Positions 8,352 to 18,243 are shown, counted from the stretch's first letter. The stretch: 64,000 nucleotides of DNA from Polyangiaceae bacterium (GCA_050290545.1 JBNKHV010000211.1:13463-77462); one strand, 5' to 3'. Program-made: numbers and translations. The notes: a model not told the origin generated them from the letters alone.

Positions 8352-10205
8352 ATGGTCAATACCGCTCCGTCTCAGTCTCAGTTCCACGACGCCGGCCGCT
8401 GGCCTCCGAGTCATCGCAGGCTGATCACGTCAAAGCTGGAAGCGCTGGCCACCGCTGCCGGTATTGAGCACATGCTTCCGAATGCGTTGGCGGCGCTGGA
8501 TGTCCTCGCAATGCCGTGGTTGGATTGGCCGGCGAACGGACGAACGCCTTGGGCATCGGATCTGACGGACGACGGCACGCCGCTGGAGTTCTCCATCAGT
8601 TACGACAGTCAGACCCCCGCGTTGCGCCTACTGACCGAGTCACAAGGTCCGGGTCGTGATCCGGCATCGAGTTGGAGCAATGGCCTGGAAGTGAACCGGA
8701 GACTTGCCTCCGACTTTGGTGCCGACCTGGAAGCCTTCGAGTGCGTGAGCCCATTGTTCACTCCAGCCTCTGAAGATTCGGGTTTTGCCATGTGGCATGG
8801 CGCGGTGCTCCAAGCTGATGGCCCTCCAGCGTTCAAGGTATATCTCAATCCGCGCCGTCATGGTCCGGAGCAGGCCCGTTCAGTCGTGGACGAAGCCCTG
8901 CAACGGTTGAAGCTGACGTCGGCTCAGCGTTTGGTGAGGGAGCTTCCCGTCGAATGGGCCACCTTCTACTTCTCGCTGGATCTCGGCTCGGCATTGGGCG
9001 GGCGGGCAAAGGTCTACCTATGCTCACCGAGCTCCACTCCGGCGTCGCTCGCCGCGGAATTGGACGCCTTGGGTCTTGCGCCTGCAGCGGAAGTAGAGAG
9101 CTGGTTGGCTCGGTTGTTGCGCGACCGGTCACCCCTGGAAAGTCGGCCAATACAGATGTGCTTGGCGTTTCGCTCTGGTCGGGACCTGCCGGAGCTCACT
9201 TTGCACGTTCCCGTGCGCAGTTACGTGAGTCACGACGCGGAGGCTCTGCATCTCGCTTGCCAGTGGTTGAGGCCCCACGACGCGGCAGCATTGACGGCAG
9301 GGGTCCAGGCCATGGCTCAGCGCCCGCTCGAAAGTGGTCGCTCCTTGATCAGCTACGTCTCTCTTCGTCCGCGGCCCGATCACCTGGGCGTGACGGTTTA
9401 TCTATCGCCGCAGCTCTACGCCGTTCCCCCGCCGAGGTGCGTGTCACTGGACAACTCGGTTAAGAGTAGCTCCTACGTGCGCGAGCTCGGCCCCAAGGCG
9501 CGAGGAGGAAGCACCCGGACGCTCCGCGCTCTGACCGATGAGATTGCGCGATGCAAAGAGCGATTGAGTCGTAAGCCGTTTCTTCGGCGGGTTCGACACG
9601 AGGGTACGCTGGCGGAAGCCAAAGGTGTCGTACGGCGGATGGCTTTCTGGGTGATGGGATTTCAGGATATCCTGCGCCTAGTGACGCGTTTCACGACGGA
9701 GCCTACGCTCACCCGCTTGGCTTGCACGCACGAAGCGGAGGACCGTGGCCACGACCACTGGTTCCTGCATGACCTCGAGCAACTCGGCTTGGCCGTGTCG
9801 CTGTCGGACGCCTTCGGCGACGACTCGGAAGTCGCGCGAGACACTGTCTACGGCCTGATCGCAGATGTGGTCAAAGCAGAGGACGATCGTGCCCGGCTGT
9901 GTGTCGTGCTTTCGCTGGAAGCTGCCGGTGTGGAGTACTTCGCGGCAACGATTGCCTTCCTGCAGCGTGTGGGAGTCGGAGACGGGTTGTTGTACTATGC
10001 CCGCTCCCACCAGACAGTCGAAGCCAATCACGACGTGTTCGAAGAGGATAAGCAGGCGGAGCTCGCGGCAATGCCTGTTTCAGAGACGGCATTCGAAGAG
10101 TGTCTACGAGTCATTCACCGCACTTTCCGGGCAATGGAGGTACTCGGAGAAGAGCTGTACGGCTGGCTCGAACCAGAGGTAGAAGGCGCGGGAGACGCCT
10201 CATGA
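8352..10205 (+). CDS. fusion protein: DMATS-type (ABBA-fold) aromatic prenyltransferase domain plus C-terminal heme-oxygenase-like (diiron-oxidase-type) domain
   Basis: N-terminal ~380 aa carry repeated K-x-Y-L strand-end motifs (KVYLNP, KVYLCSP, TVYLSPQLY) like the Lys/Tyr barrel residues of DMATS indole prenyltransferases. C-terminal ~220 aa are helical with clustered metal-ligand-like residues (HEAEDRGHDHWFLHDLE, then SHQTVEANHDVFEED), as in HO-like diiron enzymes / the 'iron-containing redox enzyme family'. Its stop overlaps the next start (ATGA at 10202-10205). Confidence 0.7.
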   Translation: MVNTAPSQSQFHDAGRWPPSHRRLITSKLEALATAAGIEHMLPNALAALDVLAMPWLDWPANGRTPWASDLTDDGTPLEFSISYDSQTPALRLLTESQGPGRDPASSWSNGLEVNRRLASDFGADLEAFECVSPLFTPASEDSGFAMWHGAVLQADGPPAFKVYLNPRRHGPEQARSVVDEALQRLKLTSAQRLVRELPVEWATFYFSLDLGSALGGRAKVYLCSPSSTPASLAAELDALGLAPAAEVESWLARLLRDRSPLESRPIQMCLAFRSGRDLPELTLHVPVRSYVSHDAEALHLACQWLRPHDAAALTAGVQAMAQRPLESGRSLISYVSLRPRPDHLGVTVYLSPQLYAVPPPRCVSLDNSVKSSSYVRELGPKARGGSTRTLRALTDEIARCKERLSRKPFLRRVRHEGTLAEAKGVVRRMAFWVMGFQDILRLVTRFTTEPTLTRLACTHEAEDRGHDHWFLHDLEQLGLAVSLSDAFGDDSEVARDTVYGLIADVVKAEDDRARLCVVLSLEAAGVEYFAATIAFLQRVGVGDGLLYYARSHQTVEANHDVFEEDKQAELAAMPVSETAFEECLRVIHRTFRAMEVLGEELYGWLEPEVEGAGDAS

Positions 10206-11575
10206 GCGACGGGCGTTCGGAAAGTCGGCCCATCGCCGAACTGATCCCCAATGGGCCGCCCACTGAAGTTGGAGACTTCGGGGGGATCATTCGAGGGAGG
10301 GCGCTCGGCACGGTCGCGCCACGCAACGCCGAAGAGTTGCGCTCGTTGGTGCGTCTGGCTCGAGGACGTGGTGTCGGTCTGACGGCGAGAGGACTGGGCA
10401 GCAGTCAGAGTGGGCAAGCCGTGGCTGACGAGTGCGTTCAAGTGTCGTTCGAAGGGCTGCGAGCGGTAGGGAGTGTTCAAGCGACGAGCACCGTCGTGCG
10501 TTGTGAGGCAGGGGCAACGTTCGAGGACGTGCTGCGTGAGACGCTGGCGGTGGGCAAGATGCCCGCGGTCGTGCCGCTGAATCCAGACTTGTCTGTCGGT
10601 GGCGTGTTATCCGCTGGTGGTCTTGGCAGTTCGAGCCATCATCACGGGTTCGCCGCCTGCTGCGTGGAAGAGCTGACGGTCGTGTTGGGCGACGGCAGTT
10701 GCGTGGTTGCCAGCAGTAGCCAGAACAGAGACGTCTACGATTGCGTACTGGGCGGATTGGGTCGCTATGGTCTGATTGCAGAGGTTGCGTTGCGGCTAGT
10801 TCCAGTGCCCCCCCAACTCGTGACAACGACTCTGCTCTACGAGGACTGCGAGTCGATGCTGAACGATCAGCTGGTCCTCTCCGCCAAGTCCGAGGTGTTG
10901 CATCTCGAGGGGGTGTCGGCAGGCTGCGTTTTGGGTATGCGGAAGGCGGATGATGGCCGGCCGGTACCTCTTCGTCGTTGGTCCTACGCGCTTCACTTCA
11001 CGGTGGAAAGTGAAGCGCGAGCCGAGGAGATTCTCGGCGCACAGAATCACGTCGCGGTGTTGAACACCCAGACTGACAGTTCCGAAGCATACCTGCGGCG
11101 CTACCAACCGCGTTTTCGGATGATGCGGGCCAGCGGCGCCTGGGAGCAGACCCATCCATGGTTCGAGGCATTGGTCAGCCCGGATGGAGCGCGCGAGTTG
11201 CTGACGGCGGCTCAATCAATGCCGCCTTTCTTTGGCGACATGATCCGGGTCGCGACGGTTCGCCACGAGGCGATCCCGGCAGGAATCGCGGTTCCGACGC
11301 GGAACTCCATCAGTGCGTCCCACTTTTTCTCGGTCGCGGTTCTCCCGGCGGGAATTCCTCAGTCCCTGGTCGACTTCGCCAAAGCTGCGTTGCGAGCGCT
11401 CGACGACCGGTTGAGCGACGTTGGTGGGAAACGCTACCTTTCCGGTTGGCTTTGCGAGCCGACGGTCGATACTTGGCGGCGGCACTACGGGTCGGAGTTT
11501 GAGCGGCTCGAGGAGCTGCAACGACGCTACAATCCGGGGAACGTTCTGCGCTCGCGGTTGAACTTCCTCATTTGA
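10202..11575 (+). CDS. FAD-linked oxidase (VAO/PCMH-type FAD-binding domain)
   Basis: Starts MSDGRSESRP at the ATG overlapping the previous stop. N-terminal FAD-binding fold motifs (RNAEELRSLVRLARGRGVGLTARGLGSSQSGQA) and a C-terminal tail (RYNPGNVLRSRLNF) typical of cytokinin-dehydrogenase / BBE-like FAD oxidases. The track ORF from 10100 carries an N-terminal extension in a region that overlaps the upstream gene. Confidence 0.85.
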   Translation: MSDGRSESRPIAELIPNGPPTEVGDFGGIIRGRALGTVAPRNAEELRSLVRLARGRGVGLTARGLGSSQSGQAVADECVQVSFEGLRAVGSVQATSTVVRCEAGATFEDVLRETLAVGKMPAVVPLNPDLSVGGVLSAGGLGSSSHHHGFAACCVEELTVVLGDGSCVVASSSQNRDVYDCVLGGLGRYGLIAEVALRLVPVPPQLVTTTLLYEDCESMLNDQLVLSAKSEVLHLEGVSAGCVLGMRKADDGRPVPLRRWSYALHFTVESEARAEEILGAQNHVAVLNTQTDSSEAYLRRYQPRFRMMRASGAWEQTHPWFEALVSPDGARELLTAAQSMPPFFGDMIRVATVRHEAIPAGIAVPTRNSISASHFFSVAVLPAGIPQSLVDFAKAALRALDDRLSDVGGKRYLSGWLCEPTVDTWRRHYGSEFERLEELQRRYNPGNVLRSRLNFLI

Positions 11576-11595
11576 CCAATCGTAAATGGAGCAAG

Positions 11596-12429
11596 ATGTC
11601 CCACGAACACAAGGTGCAGCAATTCTACGACAGCGCTCGGCACTGCTATGAGCGCATCATGGGGGAATACTGGCATCACGCCGATCCTGAGGCGGTTGCC
11701 GCGGGGCTACCGCGTTCACGCGCGTGTGAGATTCTCAGCGAGCGTGTCGTGACGCTGTGCGGTATCGAGCCGGGTCATCGAGTCTTGGATTTTGGATCTG
11801 GGATTGGCGGTCCAACGCTGCACATGGCTCGCCACACTGGGGCGTCGTTCGTCGGCGTCTGTAACAACGACCGTCTGACTCAGCGCGCTCGTGAAGCCGC
11901 GAGCACCCGTGGAGCTTCCGAAAGCGTGACGTTCCAGACTTTGGGCGACGAGGAGTACAAGCAGCTGCCATTCGACGACGAGAGCTTCGACGCGATCGTG
12001 TTCATGGAGTCCGTCTGCCACATTCCGGACAAGGCTCAGCTGTTCCGAGAGTTCGCGCGGGTCGTGAAACCTGGATGTCGCATCGGAGGGATGGACTGGA
12101 TCCAGCGTCCGTGGGGTGAGGTCCAGCGTCCAGAACAAGTCCAGGAGTTCATTGGACCCATCTGTGAGCATGTCGCCATCCCCTGGCTGGGAAGTGTCGA
12201 TGACTATGCAAATCTGATGCGGGATGCAGGGTTCCGAGTTGCCGTCGCGCGTGACCTCGTTGCCGGGCAAAAGTGTTGGGGTGCCGTGCAGGACGACGAG
12301 AACCCCGAGTGGCTCAACTATGACGGGCCCGACTTCGAGATGTTTCGACGAGGTGAAGAGGCGCTCGTCGCCGCGCGGAACGCCGGGGTCTTCTCGATAG
12401 GCACTTGGATCGCAAGAAAACCCGTCTGA
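11596..12429 (+). CDS. class I SAM-dependent methyltransferase
   Basis: Motif I VLDFGSGIGG, post-motif acidic residue, motif II-like DAIVFMESVCH. The track start at 11572 is a TTG overlapping the previous stop. The ATG at 11596 (MSHEHK) is equally possible. Confidence 0.85.
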   Translation: MSHEHKVQQFYDSARHCYERIMGEYWHHADPEAVAAGLPRSRACEILSERVVTLCGIEPGHRVLDFGSGIGGPTLHMARHTGASFVGVCNNDRLTQRAREAASTRGASESVTFQTLGDEEYKQLPFDDESFDAIVFMESVCHIPDKAQLFREFARVVKPGCRIGGMDWIQRPWGEVQRPEQVQEFIGPICEHVAIPWLGSVDDYANLMRDAGFRVAVARDLVAGQKCWGAVQDDENPEWLNYDGPDFEMFRRGEEALVAARNAGVFSIGTWIARKPV

Positions 12430-12438
12430 CTTGCTCGC

Positions 12439-14622
12439 TCAGAAGCGAAACTCCGACACGAAGACGCCACTCTCGATGACGTCGGCAGCGGGACCTGGAT
12501 CCAGATCCGTCGGGGCCGTGAGCTTTCCGACGAGCAGAAAGCCGTCGGGGCTCTCGACCAACGTCGTGGTGTTCGATCCAGCTCCGAACTGAAAGCGGTA
12601 GGCCGAGGTGCCATCCGCGTCGTAGCCAAGCACGGAGCCCGATTCGGTGAGTACCACGCCGCCGCCGGGGGCTGCCCCGAGGCCGATGAAGACCTCGTCG
12701 GGCAGCAAGTTCACGCCAATGGACGTGCCGTCCTCTCGCAGGTGCAACAGCGCAGCGGCGCTCGTGCCGTACACAAGCAGACGCTCTTCAGGAAAGTCGG
12801 GAGGAGCCAGCGACGTGCGCACGCTTCCGCCCAGCATGACGACGCCATCTGAAGTGGTCACGAGCGAAGAGCCGAAATCGGGCCAGTACATGCGATGCAC
12901 TCCTGCGGGGTAGGTCCACGTTCCCTGCTCGAAGGTTCCTCCCGCAGTCCAGACGTCCGTAGCTGATGCCGCCAGATCTGCGACGGCTCCCTTGCGAACA
13001 TCGCCCCAAAGGTAGTTCCCGTCGGGGTCGAGCTTGACGAGAAAGCCGGTGATCGCGTGCTCCATTTCTCGTTCATCAACGCCCGCAGTGGGGTCGATGT
13101 CCTTGGCTCCGAGGTTGAACGACCCGGCGCAGTAAACGTTGCCGCTACCGTCGCTGACCACGTCGAGTCCGTTAGTCGCTCTGGGCGGCCACACTCGCGC
13201 CCAGAGCAGTTCGCCGTCCCCAGCATACCTCGCGACATACGCTTGCTCGTTCGAGTTCTCGATGCCGACTTCCACGTTGCCCGGTCCCGGGTCGAAGTCG
13301 ATCACGCCGGACATCGTCCCGGTGATGAGGACCGAGCCCGACGCACCCGGGGCCACGTCACTCACGTCGATCGCCGCATTGCCGATGGCGGTGGACCAGC
13401 CGTAGTTGCCATCTGCGTCGAGCTTGCTGACGTAGGCCATACCGCCGACTCCGCCGTCGCGGATGTCGGACGTGGCCGTGGGATCGAGATCGACCTCACC
13501 TCTGAAGGTGCCCGCCAACCAAGTGACGTCGTCCGACGCTCGGGCAACCACGGGCGGGTCCGCCACGTCGAGGCGCAGTGTCCCGACGTATTCGGGCGTA
13601 CAACTGCCGCCGAACTCCGTTTCGCAATCCGGTGACGTGCGATCGCAATTGGCGTAGCCAGTGTTGCAGGTGGGCTGTCCACAGGAGTTGGGATCCGTGC
13701 AATCCAGGCTCGCGTTTTCGGCGCCACAGTCGGCGCGCCCGCAAGCTCCGCAGTTTTTCGGTGTGTTGAGCGGTTCACACTCGAGGCCCCCGGAGCAGCG
13801 TTCGTGTCCGGGATAGCAGTCGCCATGCACGCATTCCCCTTGCACGCACTGGACTTGATTGTAGTTGCTCTCGCAGGGGGTGTCGCAAGCACCGCAGTGC
13901 AGCAGACTCGTTGCCAGGTTCACACAGCCGTCGCAGAAGTCCGGGGTCTGCTCGATGCAAGCCGTCGCGCACACGAACTGACCGTCTGACTTGGTGCAGA
14001 CCGGCGAGGCAGGTGGACAGGCGTCGCCACACGCTCCGCAAGCGGCCGCCTCTCCGAGGTAGGTTTCGCAACCGCTCTGCAAGTCCTCACTGCAGTGAGC
14101 GAACCCCTCGGCACAACTTCCCGACGGAAACACACAACGACCGTCCTGACAAATGGTCTCCGAGCCAGCGACCACGTTGGGTAGCTCGTTGCAGGTGATT
14201 CCACCGCAGACTCCGGGCGGCTCGGACATCGGGCCCATCATCTCGCCGCCCACGGACGTCATGGGAGTAGGAGCCTCAGTAGCCATCGTCGTGTCCATCG
14301 CTGTTTCACCACTGCCGGCTGGTGTCGTGACAGTGCCGTCAGTGGTCACTCCCTGGTTGGAGTCAGGCGTATCCGGGTCGCGACCTGCTGTGCCGCCGTC
14401 GCTTACGGCGCTAACGTTTTCGTCGGATGCCGTTTCGCCGCTTTCGTCTGTCGTGGCTGCTGCGCTCGATCCCGTGGAGGGCGCGCTGGAGCTCGTCCCG
14501 TCTCCCGTACCTCGTTCGGATGGGGCTTCGTCCGCCGTTCGGCCTCCGCCGTGACATTGCACGAGTCCCGTCGAAAGAGCTGCGAGGGAGAGCAAGCAGA
14601 GGGTGCGCAGTGGACACGTCAT
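12439..14622 (-). CDS. secreted Cys-rich protein with SBBP-type beta-propeller repeats
   Basis: Start ATG at 14622 gives MTCPLRTLCLLSLAALSTGLVQC (signal peptide). A Thr/Ser/Gly-rich linker is followed by a ~230-aa stretch with about 40 Cys (CGACGDAC, CGACDTPC, CGACGRADC). The C-terminal half has repeated G(T/S)F...(I/V)DFDPGPG motifs characteristic of SBBP beta-propeller repeats. The track ORF to 14982 is an upstream extension without a signal peptide. Confidence 0.75.
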   Translation of the reverse strand: MTCPLRTLCLLSLAALSTGLVQCHGGGRTADEAPSERGTGDGTSSSAPSTGSSAAATTDESGETASDENVSAVSDGGTAGRDPDTPDSNQGVTTDGTVTTPAGSGETAMDTTMATEAPTPMTSVGGEMMGPMSEPPGVCGGITCNELPNVVAGSETICQDGRCVFPSGSCAEGFAHCSEDLQSGCETYLGEAAACGACGDACPPASPVCTKSDGQFVCATACIEQTPDFCDGCVNLATSLLHCGACDTPCESNYNQVQCVQGECVHGDCYPGHERCSGGLECEPLNTPKNCGACGRADCGAENASLDCTDPNSCGQPTCNTGYANCDRTSPDCETEFGGSCTPEYVGTLRLDVADPPVVARASDDVTWLAGTFRGEVDLDPTATSDIRDGGVGGMAYVSKLDADGNYGWSTAIGNAAIDVSDVAPGASGSVLITGTMSGVIDFDPGPGNVEVGIENSNEQAYVARYAGDGELLWARVWPPRATNGLDVVSDGSGNVYCAGSFNLGAKDIDPTAGVDEREMEHAITGFLVKLDPDGNYLWGDVRKGAVADLAASATDVWTAGGTFEQGTWTYPAGVHRMYWPDFGSSLVTTSDGVVMLGGSVRTSLAPPDFPEERLLVYGTSAAALLHLREDGTSIGVNLLPDEVFIGLGAAPGGGVVLTESGSVLGYDADGTSAYRFQFGAGSNTTTLVESPDGFLLVGKLTAPTDLDPGPAADVIESGVFVSEFRF

Positions 14623-14887
14623 TGGAGCGAATTGCTGTCGTTTGCTCGGCGCGAAGGGCGGGGTACTGTGCACGGGGAGTTGCGGGCGCTCGTCCGATGG
14701 CAGACGGTGGCGCAAGCCTCGAATCATGGTCGCTGGGGGCGGGTCTGCGCATGCAAAAAGTTGCTCCCAGAAGCAGAGTAGGAGCGCCTCACCCCTGTCG
14801 GGACGTCGCCGCTCCGAAGCAGCGCACGACCGTGAACGCTTCCAGCGGCAAGCGGACGTGCTCGCGCCAATCTGGTAGTGTGCCGCC

Positions 14888-16418
14888 GATGAATTGGGGA
14901 AAGCTCGCACGTCGGGGCACGTTGCCCGCGATTGTGCCCGCACTCGTCGTGGCGCTGGCGTGCAAAGGGTCGGATAGCTCACGCTCGAAGGAACACGCCG
15001 CTGATCCGGTCGCCACAGGTAGCGACGTAAGCGCTCCCGCGCCCGAGATGGTGCCGACCGTGGCGTCCGCCGAAACTGCTCCCACCCACGACGCGCCGCA
15101 TCGAGCGGCGAGCCGCGAGTTGACGGAGCTTGCCGTCAAGCGCTTGCTCGACGATTGGCTGGTCGCGCAAAATGAACACTCGTTCGAGAGCTACGAGAAG
15201 GCGTACGCGAGTCGGTTCACGGGTATCAAGCGCACTGGTTCCAAAACCTCCAAGATGGATCGCCGACACTGGCTTTTGGACCGCCGCCAGATGTTTCCGC
15301 GCATCGTGAGCGTGCGTGCCAAAGACCCACAGATCGCGTTGCAGTCAAAGACGGCTAGTCTGCGCTTCGAACAGTACTGGGCCTCGAAGAACTACGAAGA
15401 CCGAGGCACGAAGCAAATGACGATCGTGCTCGAAGATGGGCTGCCACGCATTGCCCGCGAGGAGTTGCTGGAGAGTCGCGCCATCGGCGCGCAGAGCACG
15501 AGGCAGACGCCGGTGCATCTCGTGTATCGCTTCGGTGGGCAAGACTATCTGGTCGTCGGAGACGGGGCCAAGCTCGTCAAACCCGAGCTGCGTGAAGCAG
15601 CAGGCACGTTCGTGGCGTTCGGCGACGTCGACCTCAGCGACGCGCGCGCCATGGCAGATTGGCAGGGCCGAAGTCTGAGGGTGTTTTCTGTTTCGGGTAA
15701 ACATTGCACTGCGGAAGGCGGCAGGGTCGTCGGCATCGCGTTGGCTCTGCCTCACTTCTCGGAGCAAGGGCGCTGGGATACGCAGAAGGTTCCGCCCGCC
15801 GAGCGGGCCCAGATCATCGCCGAGATGGGCAGGCCGCAATACGCCGTCGAAATCGATGCGGTGAAAGGCAACTGTGGTGACTTGGTGTTAGGACAAGCTG
15901 CGAGTCAGCCTGTGACGAAGGTCGCGGAAGAAACATCGGACGAAGCCGCCAAACGAGTAGCCCTGACGGTGTTCGAGAACCTGCCGAAGTACCAAGCACA
16001 GCAGAAGGACCTCGACCAGTTCATCGCGGAGTCGGAGAAGGAAGCGGGTCACTCACAACCCAAGACGCCTTGGACGGAGTATTCACCGGTGATTCGCTCT
16101 CAACGCTCCTTCCGTCTCGGTGACGAGCACTACGTGTGGCTCAGCTACGACGCTGGCCCGGGTTGCGGCGGTTGGGATGGCGGTTTGGCGATGCTGTTTC
16201 GGGTTCACCCCGGAAAGGAGCTTCAAGTAACGCCTATCCCTCCGCCCAAGGGGGCGTTCTACCCCACGGGCGACGTCACTTCCTTGACCGACGTCAACGC
16301 AGATGGGCGCGTGGAGCTGTTGCTGCACCCGACCTTTTCCTCGGGAACACTGCTGCTCGACGAATCCCTGCAACCCGTCGAACAGGTCAACTACGTGAAT
16401 TTCGATTGTCCTTGCTGA
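14888..16418 (+). CDS. hypothetical lipoprotein
   Basis: ATG at 14888 gives MNWGKLARRGTLPAIVPALVVALACKGSDSS (signal plus lipobox LALAC). It is divergent from the SBBP gene. The track ORF from 14427 adds a non-protein-like upstream extension that overlaps the divergent gene's 5' end. Confidence 0.7.
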
Positions 16419-16780
16419 ACCGGAGCAGCCGCCCGGCGAGAAAACTCGAGAGACAACTCGCCGATGCCGAGCAGGCGCGTGCTGAGGCGGAAGAGAAGGT
16501 CGAGCGAGCGCAGGAACAGCTCGCTGGATTGCGGCAGAAAGGCGCGGCAGGCGAAGCGACCAAGAAGGCACTGAAGACCGAGGAGCAGGCGCTGCGGGAG
16601 GCTGCCCTGGCGGGGGCGCGGGTAGACGTGACGAAGGAGAAGGCGGCTCGGACGAAGCAACTCTTGTCTGGCAAGACGGATGTCTCTAGCGTGAAACGCA
16701 CTTCGGCCGAGGGCGTGGAGCCCGCGCCGCAGTCGGGCCTCAGGGCTCGGTGGTGCCTGCGCGCCCAGCCAAGTGTCTGA
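16412..16780 (+). CDS. possible small Lys/Glu-rich coiled-coil protein (unconfirmed start, TTG at 16412)
   Basis: The frame is open beyond the upstream stop with strong third-position G/C bias (LERQLADAEQARAEAEEKVERAQEQLAGLRQKG...). There is no in-frame ATG, so it depends on a TTG/GTG start. The opposite-strand ORF 16387-16956 looks non-coding. Confidence 0.3.
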   Translation: MLNRSSRPARKLERQLADAEQARAEAEEKVERAQEQLAGLRQKGAAGEATKKALKTEEQALREAALAGARVDVTKEKAARTKQLLSGKTDVSSVKRTSAEGVEPAPQSGLRARWCLRAQPSV

Positions 16781-16938
16781 CCCGAGCGCCGGAATTTTCT
16801 GCTGTTCTCTGACGATTCAGGAACACCGTCGCGCGAACTTGCCACCCTTGGGGGGTGAGTGGACTTCTCTGCACCGTTCTTCAGAGCTCCTGCGACTGCG
16901 GGCTGACAGGTGTTGTGTCGAATGCGAAAGGACGTGTG

Positions 16939-18189
16939 ATGCTCAAGAGAGGCCATTGCAGACTGCTACCTCCGTTTTTTGCGGTCGGTGTTGCCGCCTG
17001 GGGATGTGGTGAATCGAAGGACGACGGTTCGAGTGAGGTGGCTGTCCCGGCTCCAGCTGGCGTGACGTCCTCGCCGGAGCCGGTGAGCGGCAGCGCGTCC
17101 GGGGCGAACGCGCCAACTCTGCCGTCCGACGGGGCGTCGGGTGACTCGGGGCAGGGCACACCTGCATCCGTACCTGCCGCAGAGCCACCGGAGGGCACGA
17201 CACCGTCCGCGGCTTCACCGCCGACACCAGCGGCGGATGACACGGGCGAGGCGAGCCCCGCAGATGCTAGCCCGGCGGCAGAGCCGACCAGCGAAGAGGG
17301 CGCCGCGGGGGCAGCAGGCGAAAGTGTCGGAGCGGGCGGGGCAGGCGAGGGGGCCGAGGAGCCCTCTGTGCAAGCCCCGACGACGGAGGGCTGCAGCAGT
17401 GGTCCCTGGGAGACGGCCGATCCCTCGATGACCGGGCCGTTCGAAGTGGCGACGGACAACGAAGTCGGACCGGAGGCAGGAGATCCCGAAGAGGACGGCA
17501 CGGTACCGCGCTTCACCATGTTCCGTCCTGCGGACATCGAACAGAGTGAGTTGTGTCACCCGGTGATCACCTGGGGCAATGGTACCGGCTCCACCCCCAA
17601 TCTCTATGGGGCGTTCTTGCGGCACTTCGCGTCCCACGGCTTCGTGGTGATCGGATCGAACAGCACCAACGTCTCGCGGGGTGATCCCAAGCCCATGAAC
17701 GTCGGTATCGACTGGGTGCTGGAGCAGAACGAGGACCCGTCCAGCGTTCTGTACCATCACATCGATACGGCCCACATCGGTGCGACGGGGCATTCTCAAG
17801 GAGCTGCCGCGACGACCCAGGCTTCCGGCGATCAGCGCATCGTGGCCTCGGTGCCGATCGAGGGCGCTGGGCCGCAGAGAGACCTGAATGGTCCAGCCAT
17901 GTTCTTCTGCGGCGGCATGGACGACGTTGTCAGCTGCGACGGAGCCCAACGCGCTCTCGACGCGGTCACGACGCTACCGGCCATGTATGCCAACTATCTG
18001 ACGGCAACTCACGGCAACTGGCTCAGTCGCGGCGGTGATCAACGCAGTGACGTGGAAACGGCAGTCACCGCGTGGATGCGTGTGCACCTGATGCAAGACG
18101 AAGCACTTCGGTCCTGGTTCTATGGCGACTCGTGCCAGTTGTGTACCGATACTGCCTGGGAAGTCGATCGCAAGAACATGGACGAGTGA
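16939..18189 (+). CDS. secreted alpha/beta-hydrolase lipoprotein (cutinase/PETase/dienelactone-hydrolase-like)
   Basis: ATG at 16939 gives MLKRGHCRLLPPFFAVGVAAWGCG (lipobox). An acidic Pro/Ala-rich linker precedes a catalytic domain with ITWGNGTGSTPNLYGAFLRHFASHGFVVIGSN and the nucleophile motif IGATGHSQGAAAT, like GHSMGG in cutinase-type polyester hydrolases. The C-terminus has paired Cys. Confidence 0.8.
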   Translation: MLKRGHCRLLPPFFAVGVAAWGCGESKDDGSSEVAVPAPAGVTSSPEPVSGSASGANAPTLPSDGASGDSGQGTPASVPAAEPPEGTTPSAASPPTPAADDTGEASPADASPAAEPTSEEGAAGAAGESVGAGGAGEGAEEPSVQAPTTEGCSSGPWETADPSMTGPFEVATDNEVGPEAGDPEEDGTVPRFTMFRPADIEQSELCHPVITWGNGTGSTPNLYGAFLRHFASHGFVVIGSNSTNVSRGDPKPMNVGIDWVLEQNEDPSSVLYHHIDTAHIGATGHSQGAAATTQASGDQRIVASVPIEGAGPQRDLNGPAMFFCGGMDDVVSCDGAQRALDAVTTLPAMYANYLTATHGNWLSRGGDQRSDVETAVTAWMRVHLMQDEALRSWFYGDSCQLCTDTAWEVDRKNMDE

Positions 18190-18243
18190 GGCGCAGCCCC
18201 CCGAGCAGACGCTCTGGGGAGTCTGAGGCATGCTCTGGGGTAC

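Noticed and set aside
14427-14887. N-terminal 154-aa extension of the lipoprotein ORF (track start 14427)
   Set aside because: The extension overlaps the 5' end of the divergent SBBP gene and is R-rich junk. A clean lipoprotein signal begins at the ATG at 14888.
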